This document shows, one piece after another, positions 13,201 through 26,087 of a stretch of 64,000 bases of DNA. The notes beneath the pieces were generated by a model. That model ran no database searches. It was not told the origin of the DNA and saw nothing but the letters and a program-made list of their open reading frames with translations. The DNA comes from Blastocystis sp. Blastoise (Eukaryota; Protista; Bigyra: Opalinata). Positions within the stretch are counted from its first letter, which is position 1, and each line of letters opens with the position of its first letter. The DNA lies in assembly GCA_039096225.1 (NCBI GenBank), contig JBBPEB010000028.1, positions 558,001-622,000 on the forward strand. The letters are read 5' to 3'. The position numbers and the translations under genes are program-made.

Positions 13201-13801
13201 GAGCAACATTCATCATTTTAATAAGAAGAGAATAATATAATAATTCATCTTTTCTTTTTGGCATAAATAAGTCTATAAATATATAATATATATATATACA
13301 TACTATTCACACGTATCTCCTTCTTTTCTAAATTGTACAATTCCATAGGTATACGTGATTCTTTGTCTTCACAATAATATCCAGATACATCAAAATTATT
13401 GTCTTCTAAATATTTATAGAATAATTCTTTAACATGAAATAATAAATCACTTTGAATAACGTTATTTATCGTAATTGAATATTCAATAAGTGTTTTATAT
13501 ATATCATAACTATCTCGTAGATTTAATGAATCAATATCCATGTTTTCTTCCATCAAAAAATCAATCACGCTTTTCATGCTTAATGAAGGCATATCTATGT
13601 AATAGCTACCATCTTCATATTTCTCAGAGTGTTTAATGATATCATAGAACGGTAATTGCTGATATTTCTCAATAAATTCTTTTGGAATCCATAATTTCGT
13701 CTCATCCTGGAATGTAAATAAATCTAGAAAAACAAATAAATATTTCTCAATAATATTTAAATACATTTATCTTCAGTTAATTGAAAATCACTTGTTGGCA
13801 T
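10226..13801 (-). CDS. Multi-exon protein with N-terminal BTB/POZ-like region and LRR-like (FPxL) repeats, family member A
   Basis: Spliced start MPTSDFQLTEDKYLFTFQDETKLWIPKEFIEKY..YYIDMP; shared motifs IPLEYICPSCIKDIFPSL and THVFPNVTEL; many GT-AG introns. The 3' end is approximate. Confidence 0.7.
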
Positions 13802-14709
13802 CACTTGAATTCAACTATAATGACAATGTAATCCGATATTAATATATTTTAAAAAGTATTTTCTTATATATACAATAAATAAATGCTTTAGAAAATGTTA
13901 TACTCTATTATAAACATCATAAATCATTAATAAAAGAACAAACAAAACTTGCAAATTTTTTAGAAGAATCTTCATGAAAATAAATAAAAAATGATTAGAG
14001 AATTGCTAAAAGACCGCGAATATATTTAGAAAGTTTTTTTTTTGTTATATATGTCTCTTTAAGCAATTTTTGAGCATTTAAAATGTTCCTTTAGATCAAT
14101 TCATGCAATATAGCTTCGTATAAAGAAAAGGAAATATGAATATTAATGGATTTTTATTTTTTCATTTGATTTTCTTTTAATTATACTTGTTCAAATCTTG
14201 ATTTTATGCTCTAGGAATTCAAAAATAATAGATAAATATGATGAAGTGACTCAAATAATGTTTCTATAATGTGAATGAAGTCATTTTGAGATTAACTTAC
14301 GAATTATTCAATAATTTTAATTAATATGATTTATATATATGCGTCTCTAGTTTATTTCATAATTAAAAATAGAAATATACCTTAGTTTAACCACATAAAT
14401 AGCGTATTTTGTGAAATACTTGATATAAATTCATAATAAAATACTTTTTGAGTATAATAGCAATCTTAATATATAAATATTCATTAAAATGAATCATATA
14501 TACAATATTGACTGATATAAATAGATAAAACAATCAAACATGAATTTTAAAACTTGTGAATTCATTTGAGGGATTCAGTTTACAACTGAAATTGTTTGAA
14601 TATTTTTATTTTTTATTATTGTCGATTTTTCATTCATATTCAATATTTAACAAATATTTTTTATTTTAAACACAAATATCAGATATTTTTATTGTGAAAA
14701 TATTAAATA

Positions 14710-17700
14710 ATGTTTGAAGAAGAGATGCAAAAAACAAATTGTCAAGAAAAACAAAGTATTTTTTCTATTCATACATACTAATCATAAATATATAATTTTT
14801 AAAGCGTCATCTATATTACAGGATGAATAAAAAATCACAATTTCAAATTCTCTTCTACAATAATATCCTAATTTCATGTTTTCTTTGATATCTATGAATA
14901 CTAATGATTTCATAGAAGGATAAAAATCTTATTACATTGATCTTCCAAGTTTATCAATACATAAAATGATCCCATTTGTGGAGAATGCAAAAATTCTTGA
15001 TGTTTTGTCTTTAGAAGATGTAATTTCAATTCATTCAGATATACATCATTTTTTTTTGAGATGAATCCTATGAAGATGAGATAAAAATATATACATTTCT
15101 TTGGGATTCTTTGAGTATTTTTGTTGTGAATAATAATTGTGGACTGTATTTTATTTTATAATATATAGAATTAATGAAAGCAATGAAATGCACATAATAC
15201 GATTTCAACTCATTATTTATGGTTTATTTATTATTAAATATATGAATGTATAGATATCATAACAGAAGAGAGAAATCAATTATTCTATCAATATTCTCCA
15301 TTATTTGATTTCTTTAATATTACAATTGTTACTTTAAAATGTATATTTATATAATATATATATTATTAATATATATAGTTGATTTCTCTGAAGACATTCC
15401 ATATGAGTATATATATCCCTCTAATTTACATGAATTATTTCCAAAACTAGAAATGTTTCTTATAGACGTATATTATAATTATTTACATATATATATATTT
15501 GAATTTATTTTATACATAGCTTCTTATTATTCTCAAAGAAAAGAGATATATATACCTCCTTCTGATCCTCATTATACTCTATTATATAAAGAATATAAAC
15601 GACAATATTATGAAACTTATTTTCCAAAAGAATATTCTAATTATAGAAGATCAAGAACAGATAGAGAAAACAATTATATATATAACAATTTAATTCATAT
15701 ATATCCAGAAGAAAAGAAGAAGAATATATGAATAAAAAAGAAAATGATATTTCTCACAAAAATGTAGATAAAGAAATAAATGAAGAAAACAATGAAATAA
15801 AACCAGATCTATTTGTTATACTTTCAAGCTATTCCCGTGATTATGATGCACAACAAATGGAGTTCGAGAAGAAGAATTTATTATTATATAATAATAAATA
15901 TATTTCTTATATGAAATTTATATTTATCCAAGATGGAGGTATATATATAGATTAATATAATTTATATATATAGAACGAGATATACAACATCCAATTGTAG
16001 AGTATATAATCATATTTTATTGTTTTTGTACTCTATATAATTGAATAAATTATTTTATTATTAGAATATATTTATAATATATAAATATGAATAGGCTATC
16101 GTTATCTTCGTGTTCAACGATAGTCTTCTATTTACTTCATCTTCCAATAATGAAGCATATTAAACAACTAGTCACTATTCGTATATATGTAATAACTATT
16201 AAATATATATATATTAGAGAATCCTAGAGTAAAGATTCAATTCGATATTCCTCCATTATTAATAACAATTAGAGATGGATTAGTAGATACTATTATTATA
16301 TTCAACATATTCAATTGTAATATATATAATCTATAATACTTATTATTATATAGTTATTCAACCAGGATTATATCCTGAATATATTCAATTATTTAAAGAT
16401 ATTATTACTACTCATGTATTTCCTAATGCTACTACATTAAAAATAACATGTATATATAATATATTTCAATATATTATATAAATAATATTTATAGATTATT
16501 CCTATGATTTATATATACCTCTTTTACAAGACATATTGCAATTAATAACAAAAAATCATTTTCCAAAGTTGCATATATATGATATCAGCAATATTATTCG
16601 AAATGAAATTCATATATATAAAGAGAATTATAAATTTATTTTATTTTCTGAATCTATAATACCACTAATGGATACTATAGTTTATGATAAAGATATATTT
16701 GCTGATATCTCAAAGAATGCTGTGCTGTATCCAGAAATATCAGAAGATATATTGAATACTAATAATACTAATTATTTTACTATTCAATGTATATATAAAT
16801 GGTATTATGAATTATTATACTATGTATATATAGGTTCATTTTTTTAAATGAATATGATGTTGTGTGGAATAAGTTAATGAATTCTAAAGTCATATACTTT
16901 AATAATCTAATTATTGATTGTACATATATTATATCATTATTGTTAATATATTTATATATAATAATATTATTATTTCTATATTCTTTTAGTATATGAGATG
17001 AAATATTCTAGATTTGATATTTCTCAAATAAATCTAAAAGAGTGTATAGTTAAATCACTTATTCTTAGTATATATATATTTGTATATATCTATTTAATAT
17101 AATAGATGCGAATTTATCTTAGTATAAGATATTAAATAAATTGAAAAATTGCATGAAAGATATAAATTATAATGAACTTCAAACACTTTTTATTAACTGT
17201 ATTTGATTTTTTTTATTCTCTATTTATTCTATTTACTATTTTATTTATTATATAATTTATAGTAAATCCATATGAAGATGAAGAGTATGAATATGATAGT
17301 GATTATGAAGATGATGAAGATTATAGTGATGAAGATGAGAATATTATGTGAATCAATATATATATGAATATTTCTCATTTTTATCTGTTGGAAACTATAA
17401 AAACGTGACTACTTTGTCAATAGAGGATATAACGTTCTATTCTATTCATGGTTATATAAAAAACAAAATAAAAGTTGAAACCATACAAATATTATATCAT
17501 TTCTTCTCCTTGTTCTCTAATAATCTTACTAGAATAGAATTAACTTGTATATCAATCTATATATTATATATATATATATATAGATTGTTTCTTTGTATTC
17601 TATATATTCAATGATTGCTTATCTCTCCCTTTACTTGAAAATATCAATTATTTTAAAATAGCAATTTGTATGAATTATAATATATATTTGAGTCAATTAT

Positions 17701-18554
17701 ATATATAGTTAATAAAAATGAATTTAATGATTTAATGACAAATATATACTCGTTATTTAAGAATAATAAATTGAAAAAACTTCAAACATTGGAAACTAGT
17801 TATATTTCTAGTATGCTTAATAGTTATATTGATAATATAAATATATATAGAAGATAACGATAGTTTTGATGAATTATTTACATATATTATGCTATTTAAA
17901 GAAGACTATATTAGAACTCTTTCTTGTTTCAAACAGATAATACTTAATATTCAAGATATATTTTTGTATCATTAATATATTTATATATCTTATATTCATT
18001 TTCTATTTAATTATTTAGTTGTAAGTATTAGTTATATACATATCCTTTTATTGTTAAAAATATATTCTTATTTTTATATATATTAATTATATTACTATTA
18101 GAATCTCAGAATGAATATACTATTCAAAATATATTGGAATCATTTCCTTCTTTTTCATTTTCTTTTCATAATTCAATTCAATGTATATCTATGAATAAAA
18201 TAATGAAGAAATATAAAGATATATATATTATATATTGTAAGTATATATATAATCAATTAGAAATGGAATATACTCAGTTAATTGTTCAATTAGATTTATG
18301 TATATATATAGTATTATTCCACATTATTCATTATATATAGTTATAGTAGATAATCCTTATATAAAGAATATTATAAACTTAATTGCAAAGAATTCTTTTC
18401 CTTATTTAAGAATACTGTACTTATATAACTCATGTATATATTTATATATTATGTTTTATTATATTTATATATAGACATAGAGTTTGATTATAGATCTATT
18501 TTAGAAGATTACAAAAAGAAATATAATTCACAACTATCAATTATATATAAATGA
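14710..18554 (+). pseudogene. BTB-like/LRR-like family member B, pseudogene
   Basis: Same motifs (YYIDLPSLSI, FSEDIPYEYIYPSNLHELFPKL, THVFPNAT). In-frame TAA at 14828, 14861 and 14921; frameshifts near 15055, 15725 and 17345. Confidence 0.8.
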
Positions 18555-18873
18555 GAAAAATAAAGAATATCTAGATTTTTTTAATTGTTAATAAATAATG
18601 TTTTATATATTGTTATGTAATTATGTTTGTAATATATAATTTGTTACTGTTGTAAATGAAATAATCTATTAAAAGTGATTATTTTTTTAACTATTTTAAA
18701 GCCAAACCCATTAATAAATATAAACATATAATTAAAATAAACACTTTTAGATATTTATATAAAAAAAATATACAATAAAAAAATATAATAGTTTATAAAA
18801 AATGTTAAAAAGTAATTACATATATAAATATATATTAAAGAAAATTGATATTTTTATATATAAATAATTGTTC

Positions 18874-20416
18874 TTAAGCTCTTCCCCAGACTTCATAATC
18901 TTCTACTGTAAAGTAATTAAAAGAATTAGCATCATTAGTACTCACAAATAAGGATGATTTTTGAGGAGTATTCACTGTAGTAAATGATTTTGAATTGGTC
19001 CATGCATTGCTATTAGTAGTATGACAATTATCACGTATAAGTATATCACTACCACCTCCAAATACAGGACCATAAGAAGAAGAACAATATATACCTCTAC
19101 CATTACCATTATGTAGATATTGAGTAGGAGGAATATTATGTTCATTATTTAATGTAAAGAGAAATTCTTTAGAAGGAGATTTATCACCTATAGAAAAGAA
19201 TATGAAATAAATATTGACATAAATAAATAATATACATACCACTATTACGATCCCAGTCTTGATCTGTATATCCTCCAAATATATTTATATGATTATTTTT
19301 ACCTTTATGTTTAATTAGAGTTACTGTTTCTCCTTTATTATCACAATATTTATGGAATTCACTTGCAGAATAATTATGTTCGCGTGCTCTAAATAATAAT
19401 TTCCATTTCTTTTCTTTACCAAGCCAATTCACTAATGGAGTCTCCATCACTTTATTGGCAAGTATTTTTGTACCTTTAAAACATTTAAATGGAATCATTG
19501 CCTCTTTAAACGCTTCTCTTCCTTTATCACGAAATAATTCAACCATTTCTTTCTCTAATAATTCTTTATTAATATCACTTATCTTATCTTCTTCTATATC
19601 TATAGTTCCATTCTTCACATATTCAGTAATATATTCAATATATTCATATTTCTTATTCATATATAAACTATCATCTACAGGATTATAATCAATAAATCCA
19701 TTATCATAATTCTTACCATATTCATTCCATAATCCATTCTTAACTAAATATTCTTTAATTATATCATTCTTATTTCCATTTATAATTAAAGAAACTTCGT
19801 CTCCTTCTTCATATTTCTTCATCTTTCGATCTCTTCTTTCTCTACAATCTATTAATTCAACAGGAATTACTAATCCACAAAATTCAAATAAATTCAATAT
19901 TTCTAATTGTTCTTCATAAGAAAATTGATCAAAATCTACTTTCTTTCCATTCAAATAATCTAATAAATAATAAATAAAAATATCATTACCTCTATAATCA
20001 AGAAATGCAGTTCCATCATTCGTTCTTTTTTCTTCTTCACGTTGATCATCAATAAAAGAACCTTTTAGGGTATCTAAAACAGATTTCGATATTTGAAAAA
20101 CAGGACCATTATTCGTAAATCGTATCAAATCCATATCATTATCATCATTATCATCCATATTGACATTCATATCCTCATAATTATTATTTTCATAAACACA
20201 TTTCTTTTCAAATTCATTTCTTTCACCTTCCTTTTCAATACAATCATCTCCAATATGCTTAATAAGTCTATTAATCGATATTCCAGAATGTATACCAAGA
20301 TTCATTACTGATCCAAATACACTAACAACATCTTTCATCAATTCTTCATATATATTGATATCCTCCTTCAATCTATTGAATTTATCAATATCAAATAACA
20401 CCTTTTCTTTCACCAT
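18874..20416 (-). CDS. BTB/POZ-like + TLDc domain protein
   Basis: Two exons (intron ~19190-19239). TLDc motifs WKLLFRA, FHKYCDNKGETV, IFGGYT, FLFTL, YGPVFGGGSDI, DYEVW. BTB-like segments FLDY..YLLDYLNG and EFCGL. Confidence 0.88.
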
Positions 20417-20625
20417 TTACAAGAAGAACAATAAGAAAAAACTGGAATAAAAAAAAGTTTTTTTTATTTGGATAATTGTGAAATTGATCGAAATATAAAG
20501 GAGAATTTGTTTTTTTCATGAATAAAAAATCTAGTTTTTCCATTATCTATCCTATAAACACATTTATATTTATTATTTATTATATTCCTATTGGCAATCT
20601 TAGCATTCTTATAATAAATAATAAT

Positions 20626-22591
20626 ATGAGTGATAACACAAACAACAAAGTGCAAGATAAACAGGAAATGAGTAATTAATTATAAGTATCATAATAGAAT
20701 CTCTTAGTAACCTTCATATTCCAAGAAGAAATCCATGTAGACGTTCCGTTGGCTATATTAAAGAAATATCCAGAATCTCTCCTGTCAGTAAATTATGAGA
20801 ATCCAAACAATTACTTAAATGATGAAAATGCTTATTACATTGATTGTCCATGTCTTTCTATTAGCACACTATTACAATTTATAGCAAAAGAAATCTTCTT
20901 AGAATCTATGACAGTTAAAGATATTATAAATATGTATAAAACGATACAATTTTATTTTACTGATGAACATCCTGATTTTGAAGGAAAAGTATTTAGTTAT
21001 CTTGTCAGTCAATTTTATATGGTTTTAAAACAAACTGACTGTGAAATGTATATATATATTATTATTATTATATGTTCTATTTTTTAATTCCATAGAGAGA
21101 GAACTTCTTTTGATGGTATCTATAGTCTATATATACATGGTATATATTATAGATTATAATAAAATACTATTATTTGTATAATTATAGATATTTTTACGGA
21201 TACAAGAAATCAATTATTTCAAAAATACTCAGAATTATTTGATTTTTTAAATGTAAAATATATATATTTAAAATGTATATATATATATAATATATATAAT
21301 ATATATATAATAAGAAAGTACTATAATAATAATTCTATAAATATATAAAGATCAATTTTCTGAAGATATTCCTTATGAATATATATATCCCTCCAATTTA
21401 CATGAATTATTTCCAAAACTTCAAATCTATAAAATTTCCTGTAAGCATATATTATGATATTTATATATGTATATTTTCTCTTTATTAATTATTTTATATA
21501 TGTATATATATAGTTGATTATTATCCAGAATTAGAATGTTTTCGTGTTCCTTATTCTGATCTTCATTATAAAAGATTATATTCAATATATAAGCAAAACT
21601 ATTATAATATGTCCAGTTTATTACTATATAACACATATTTAAAAAGATTAACTGAAGAGAAATTATTAGAATTAGTTAAAAAACAGCTAGTTGTATATAC
21701 AAAAATAGATTTTTGGAAACAATTAAAAAATAAAATTAAAAATGTAGATGAACATTTAGTTAGGGGAACTCTTCCTGATGAATATAATAATGATGAATAT
21801 AAAGATTATATGCCACCTTTATATGTAGAATGTTATTCAGACTATTCCCGTGAATACAATAAACAAAATGAAAAACAATTAAATGATAAACAATCTTGTT
21901 CTATTTTATTTTATTTTCAAAATAAGAATGGTATTATATGCATTTATATATTTATATTTATTCTATTTATTATTATTCTATTTATTATTATTCTATTTAT
22001 TATTATTCTTGTTAATATATATATATATATTTATTTATAGAATTTCCTGATGAATTAATTGGACTACTCACTTTTTCGTATAATAATATAAATATTAATA
22101 TGATAATAAATAAAACATTATTTTTTTATAAAAATATATCTATATAATTATATATAGAGAGAATTATTATGTAGATAAAATAGCATCTTATATATATAAT
22201 ATGCCTCAATGTAAACAATTAAATACAATTAAATGTATTGGAGCGAATAAAGAAGAAGCAGAAAATAAATGTATCTCTTTATCACTATCTATACCTGCTT
22301 TATTATCAGCATTAAACAATGGAATATTTGATAATTTAGAAAAGATGAATATATCTACTTGTATATATATTATAATTATGTTGTTTTACTCCATAAAAGT
22401 GAATTTATTTATTTTTATTTTTTACTTTATTTTTATTTTAGTTTTATTTTTATTTAGTTTTATTTTCATTTTTATTTTATTATTTTATATATATATAGTT
22501 ATAGACAATAAATCTTATAAAGAATATAAAGATTTATTTATGACAATAATATATTCACATACATTTCCAAATGTAACGGCATTATCAGTTT

Positions 22592-22664
<73 letters not shown>

Positions 22665-25048
22665 TAATATGGAAGATTCAACTCAATATATATTTTATAA
22701 ATCTTTATTTTTATCATTTTCAAGAGAGCATTTTCCTCAGTTACATATATTAAATATATCATCATATTATACAAATAGTGATTCAGAATCATTAGTAGCA
22801 TCAATGAAGGATATATATACATTATTTGATAGCTCACTCTTTGAGTTAATAGACACAATAATTATTGATTATCATTTTTGTTATTATATCAAAAAATATG
22901 GAAAAGAAATTGTAAATATACTTATTAATGCATATAAAAAACATCATTTTACTCTAAAATGTATATATATATTTATATTTATTTTTATTTATATAAAGTA
23001 CCTGTATTAAATTTGAAAGAATATTCAATATATTGGCAACAACTATTAAAATCTAATATTCTTTTATGTGAAAATTTATTTTTAAGCAGTATTTTTATTA
23101 TTTATTTAACATATAAATATATTCTATAATTTTTTTTTATCTACACATAGTTTATTTTTTTAATTTAATATATATATATAGCTGTATCTATATGCGATTT
23201 TGGTTCTAAAGAAATATTACCTGATCTTTCTAAAAATTATTTCAAAGAAATAATTTTTTGTATATATATTCATATTAATCTTTATATTTTTTAAAATTAT
23301 TTCATACTATTTTTCTTATATTACTTTTAACATATATATATATAGTTATTCGTGATTCTCTTTCTCAAAATTGTGACCAACAATTAATAAATACTGTTAA
23401 TACAATAAATTGCGAAAAACTTGAAGAAATTCGAATTGACATCAGTTGTATTTTTTTTAAATTTTAGTTGTTATTAATTGATTATTTTTATTTGTAGTAA
23501 ATCATTCAAGGGAACATAGTTATTATAATATATTTCAAATGATTAAATCAATTAATTTTATTTCTTTTTTTTCTTCTTTGAATTATAATACAGTTACCCG
23601 TTTATCAATATGTTCTTTCTGTATATACATATTCTTATCTACTATTATAATATATCACATTATTATTTATAATTATATAATAAACTAAATTTCTATATAA
23701 CTAATTATATAATATATATATATTATTTATTTTAAGTGTTTTATGCTATATATATATATAGCCACAAAATCATATTCTTATTTATATGATGATAATCAAT
23801 CTTCTAGTAATGCAGATATTATTTCTTTTCAAAAATGTTTAACATTGTTTTCTTCAAATATTAAATATCTTAAAATAAATTGTATTTTTTTATACTCTAT
23901 TTTAAAATATGATTCTATTTTTTTTTTTAATTATTTTTGTTCATCATATTTATTTGATTATTTCTATCAGCATTATTATTCAATAAAACATATGAATTCA
24001 CTATATATAGATGGATGTTTATGTGATATGATTTATGTATTGCAAAATATTATGGAATTACCACTTTGGATAAATGTAGAAGAATTATCAATATGTTTTT
24101 GTATATATAAATATATTTATTATATTATATTATTAATATACTATAATTATATAGATAATAATAAGTTAAAGGATATATTTGATCAATTTATTCGTTATTT
24201 TAATAATCATAAATTATTAAAACTCAAAGACTTATCAATAGGAATAATTTGTAAATAAAATAATTATATATTATTGTTTTTATAGATTTTTTCCTTTAGA
24301 ACTAATACTAATGAATATATTATTATTATATATATAGCTTTAGTAGATTCAATACAGCCAATTTTATCATTCATAGAAAATATACATAATAATCCATCTC
24401 TCTCTTTTCCTAAATTAGATTCTTTTTATATTGAATACTTATCTGACCCAGATAGTATATTATAAATTATATTATTTGAATTATATTATATATATACTAC
24501 AAACTCTTTTATGAATAAAAAATACAATAATAAATATATATATATATATAGATTCTATTGTTAAACATGTTGATTATAATATATTAAAATCCTTTCCTTC
24601 CTTATCCTTTTATTTGCATATACCTATAACTGAAATATATATGCATTCACAATTAGGAAAATTAAGAAAAACATCTTTTGAGTATTGTCAATATATATAT
24701 AATCAATTACAGATGGAATATACAAAAACTGTTTCTAAATTACATATAAGTATATAAATATATAGTATAGTATATTAGATATATATTTAATATATTTATA
24801 ATAATATATATAGTTATGCAAAATAATAATTATTCTGATGAAATAATAAAATTGATTGTTAATGGAAGATTTCCATTTTTAAAAGAACTTCAATTATTAT
24901 CATGTGGTATATATTATATATTATATTATTATATTATTATATATTATATATAGAAGAAAATAAAATAGATGAAATTGAACAATTAATAAATAATTATATG
25001 AAAACATCAAATCATTGGTTTATTTTTTTTATTAAAAAAGCTTTTTAA
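20626..25048 (+). CDS. BTB-like/LRR-like family member C
   Basis: Spliced start MSDNTNNKVQDKQEMITFIFQEEIHVDVPLAILKKYPESLL..YYIDCP; FSEDIPYEYIYPSNLHELFPKL identical to member B; HTFPNVTAL, HFPQLHILNI; TAA at 25046-25048. Confidence 0.75.
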
Positions 25049-26087
25049 TATATATATATAGTTTTTAGACAATAGTTATATGTATTCTATTTCTATCAAA
25101 TTTATGTTGTTCTGTTATAAATAGAATATATATATACACTTATAATGATTATTATATGTTATTTTTTTAGATATTTAAAGAATAATTATTACTTTTAGTA
25201 CATGTTAATTATATTATATTTTTAAGTTTGAAATATTTTTGTTATAAAATATTTATATATATATTTAATTATAGAATTTCATTTGTATATTCTTTAGAAA
25301 AACAGACAATATTTTTAAAACATTTTGTGATATTTATTGTGACTATCATAAAAATAAAACTTTAAGTCTGATATAATAGAGATAAATACAGAGATAATAT
25401 TTTTTCGGTATCAATAATAAACAACAGTATCACAAATTTTTTTGTAGTTGTTTTAGAGCAAAAATAAAAAGCCTCAGGAAAGAGACTAAGTATATATTAC
25501 TCATACAATATTTAAAATAGATGCCTAGTCTATTATTATTTATATATAGTTTATTATATAAGTTTACATATATATATATAGATATATATAGTATATCCTC
25601 TTAGTTATTTTTATAACAAAAAGATATTTCTATTTATTTGTATATATATTCATTATCCTTTTTATTCCTAATTGTAAGAAAAGTATGTTTAGTATAAAAT
25701 ATTTTATTTATTATTAATTGTTAAATAGGCTGTCTTGTTTTTATTATGAATAAAAACTTTTATATAGTATATATGTAACTAAATTAAATATATATAAAAT
25801 TTTTATGATGATAAAAAAAAATAAAAAGAATATAGATAAAAAATATATATAATATCTATATTGTTAAATATAATACTTTTATGAAGAACAGTATATAAGA
25901 ATAATTAAACAGACTAAATAAAGAGAAAATAATTAATAATATAGTATGTAAAATAGAATATATGTACTCTAATTAACTTTTAAATAATGTGAATAAAACT
26001 ATATATGAAAACAAAAATAATTAAAAATAATTTTTTAAGTGTATATACATATATAATTTATTTATAGATAAAATAATTATATATTTC

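Noticed and set aside
1095-15060. Alternative genetic code or TAA suppression, suggested by in-frame TAA/TAG in the minus-strand E/D/K reading of the satellite, by pseudogene B, and by a possible TTA reading of the tRNA-like loop
   Set aside because: Nearly all intact genes terminate at TAA, the affected loci also have frameshifts, and the TTA anticodon register is structurally implausible.
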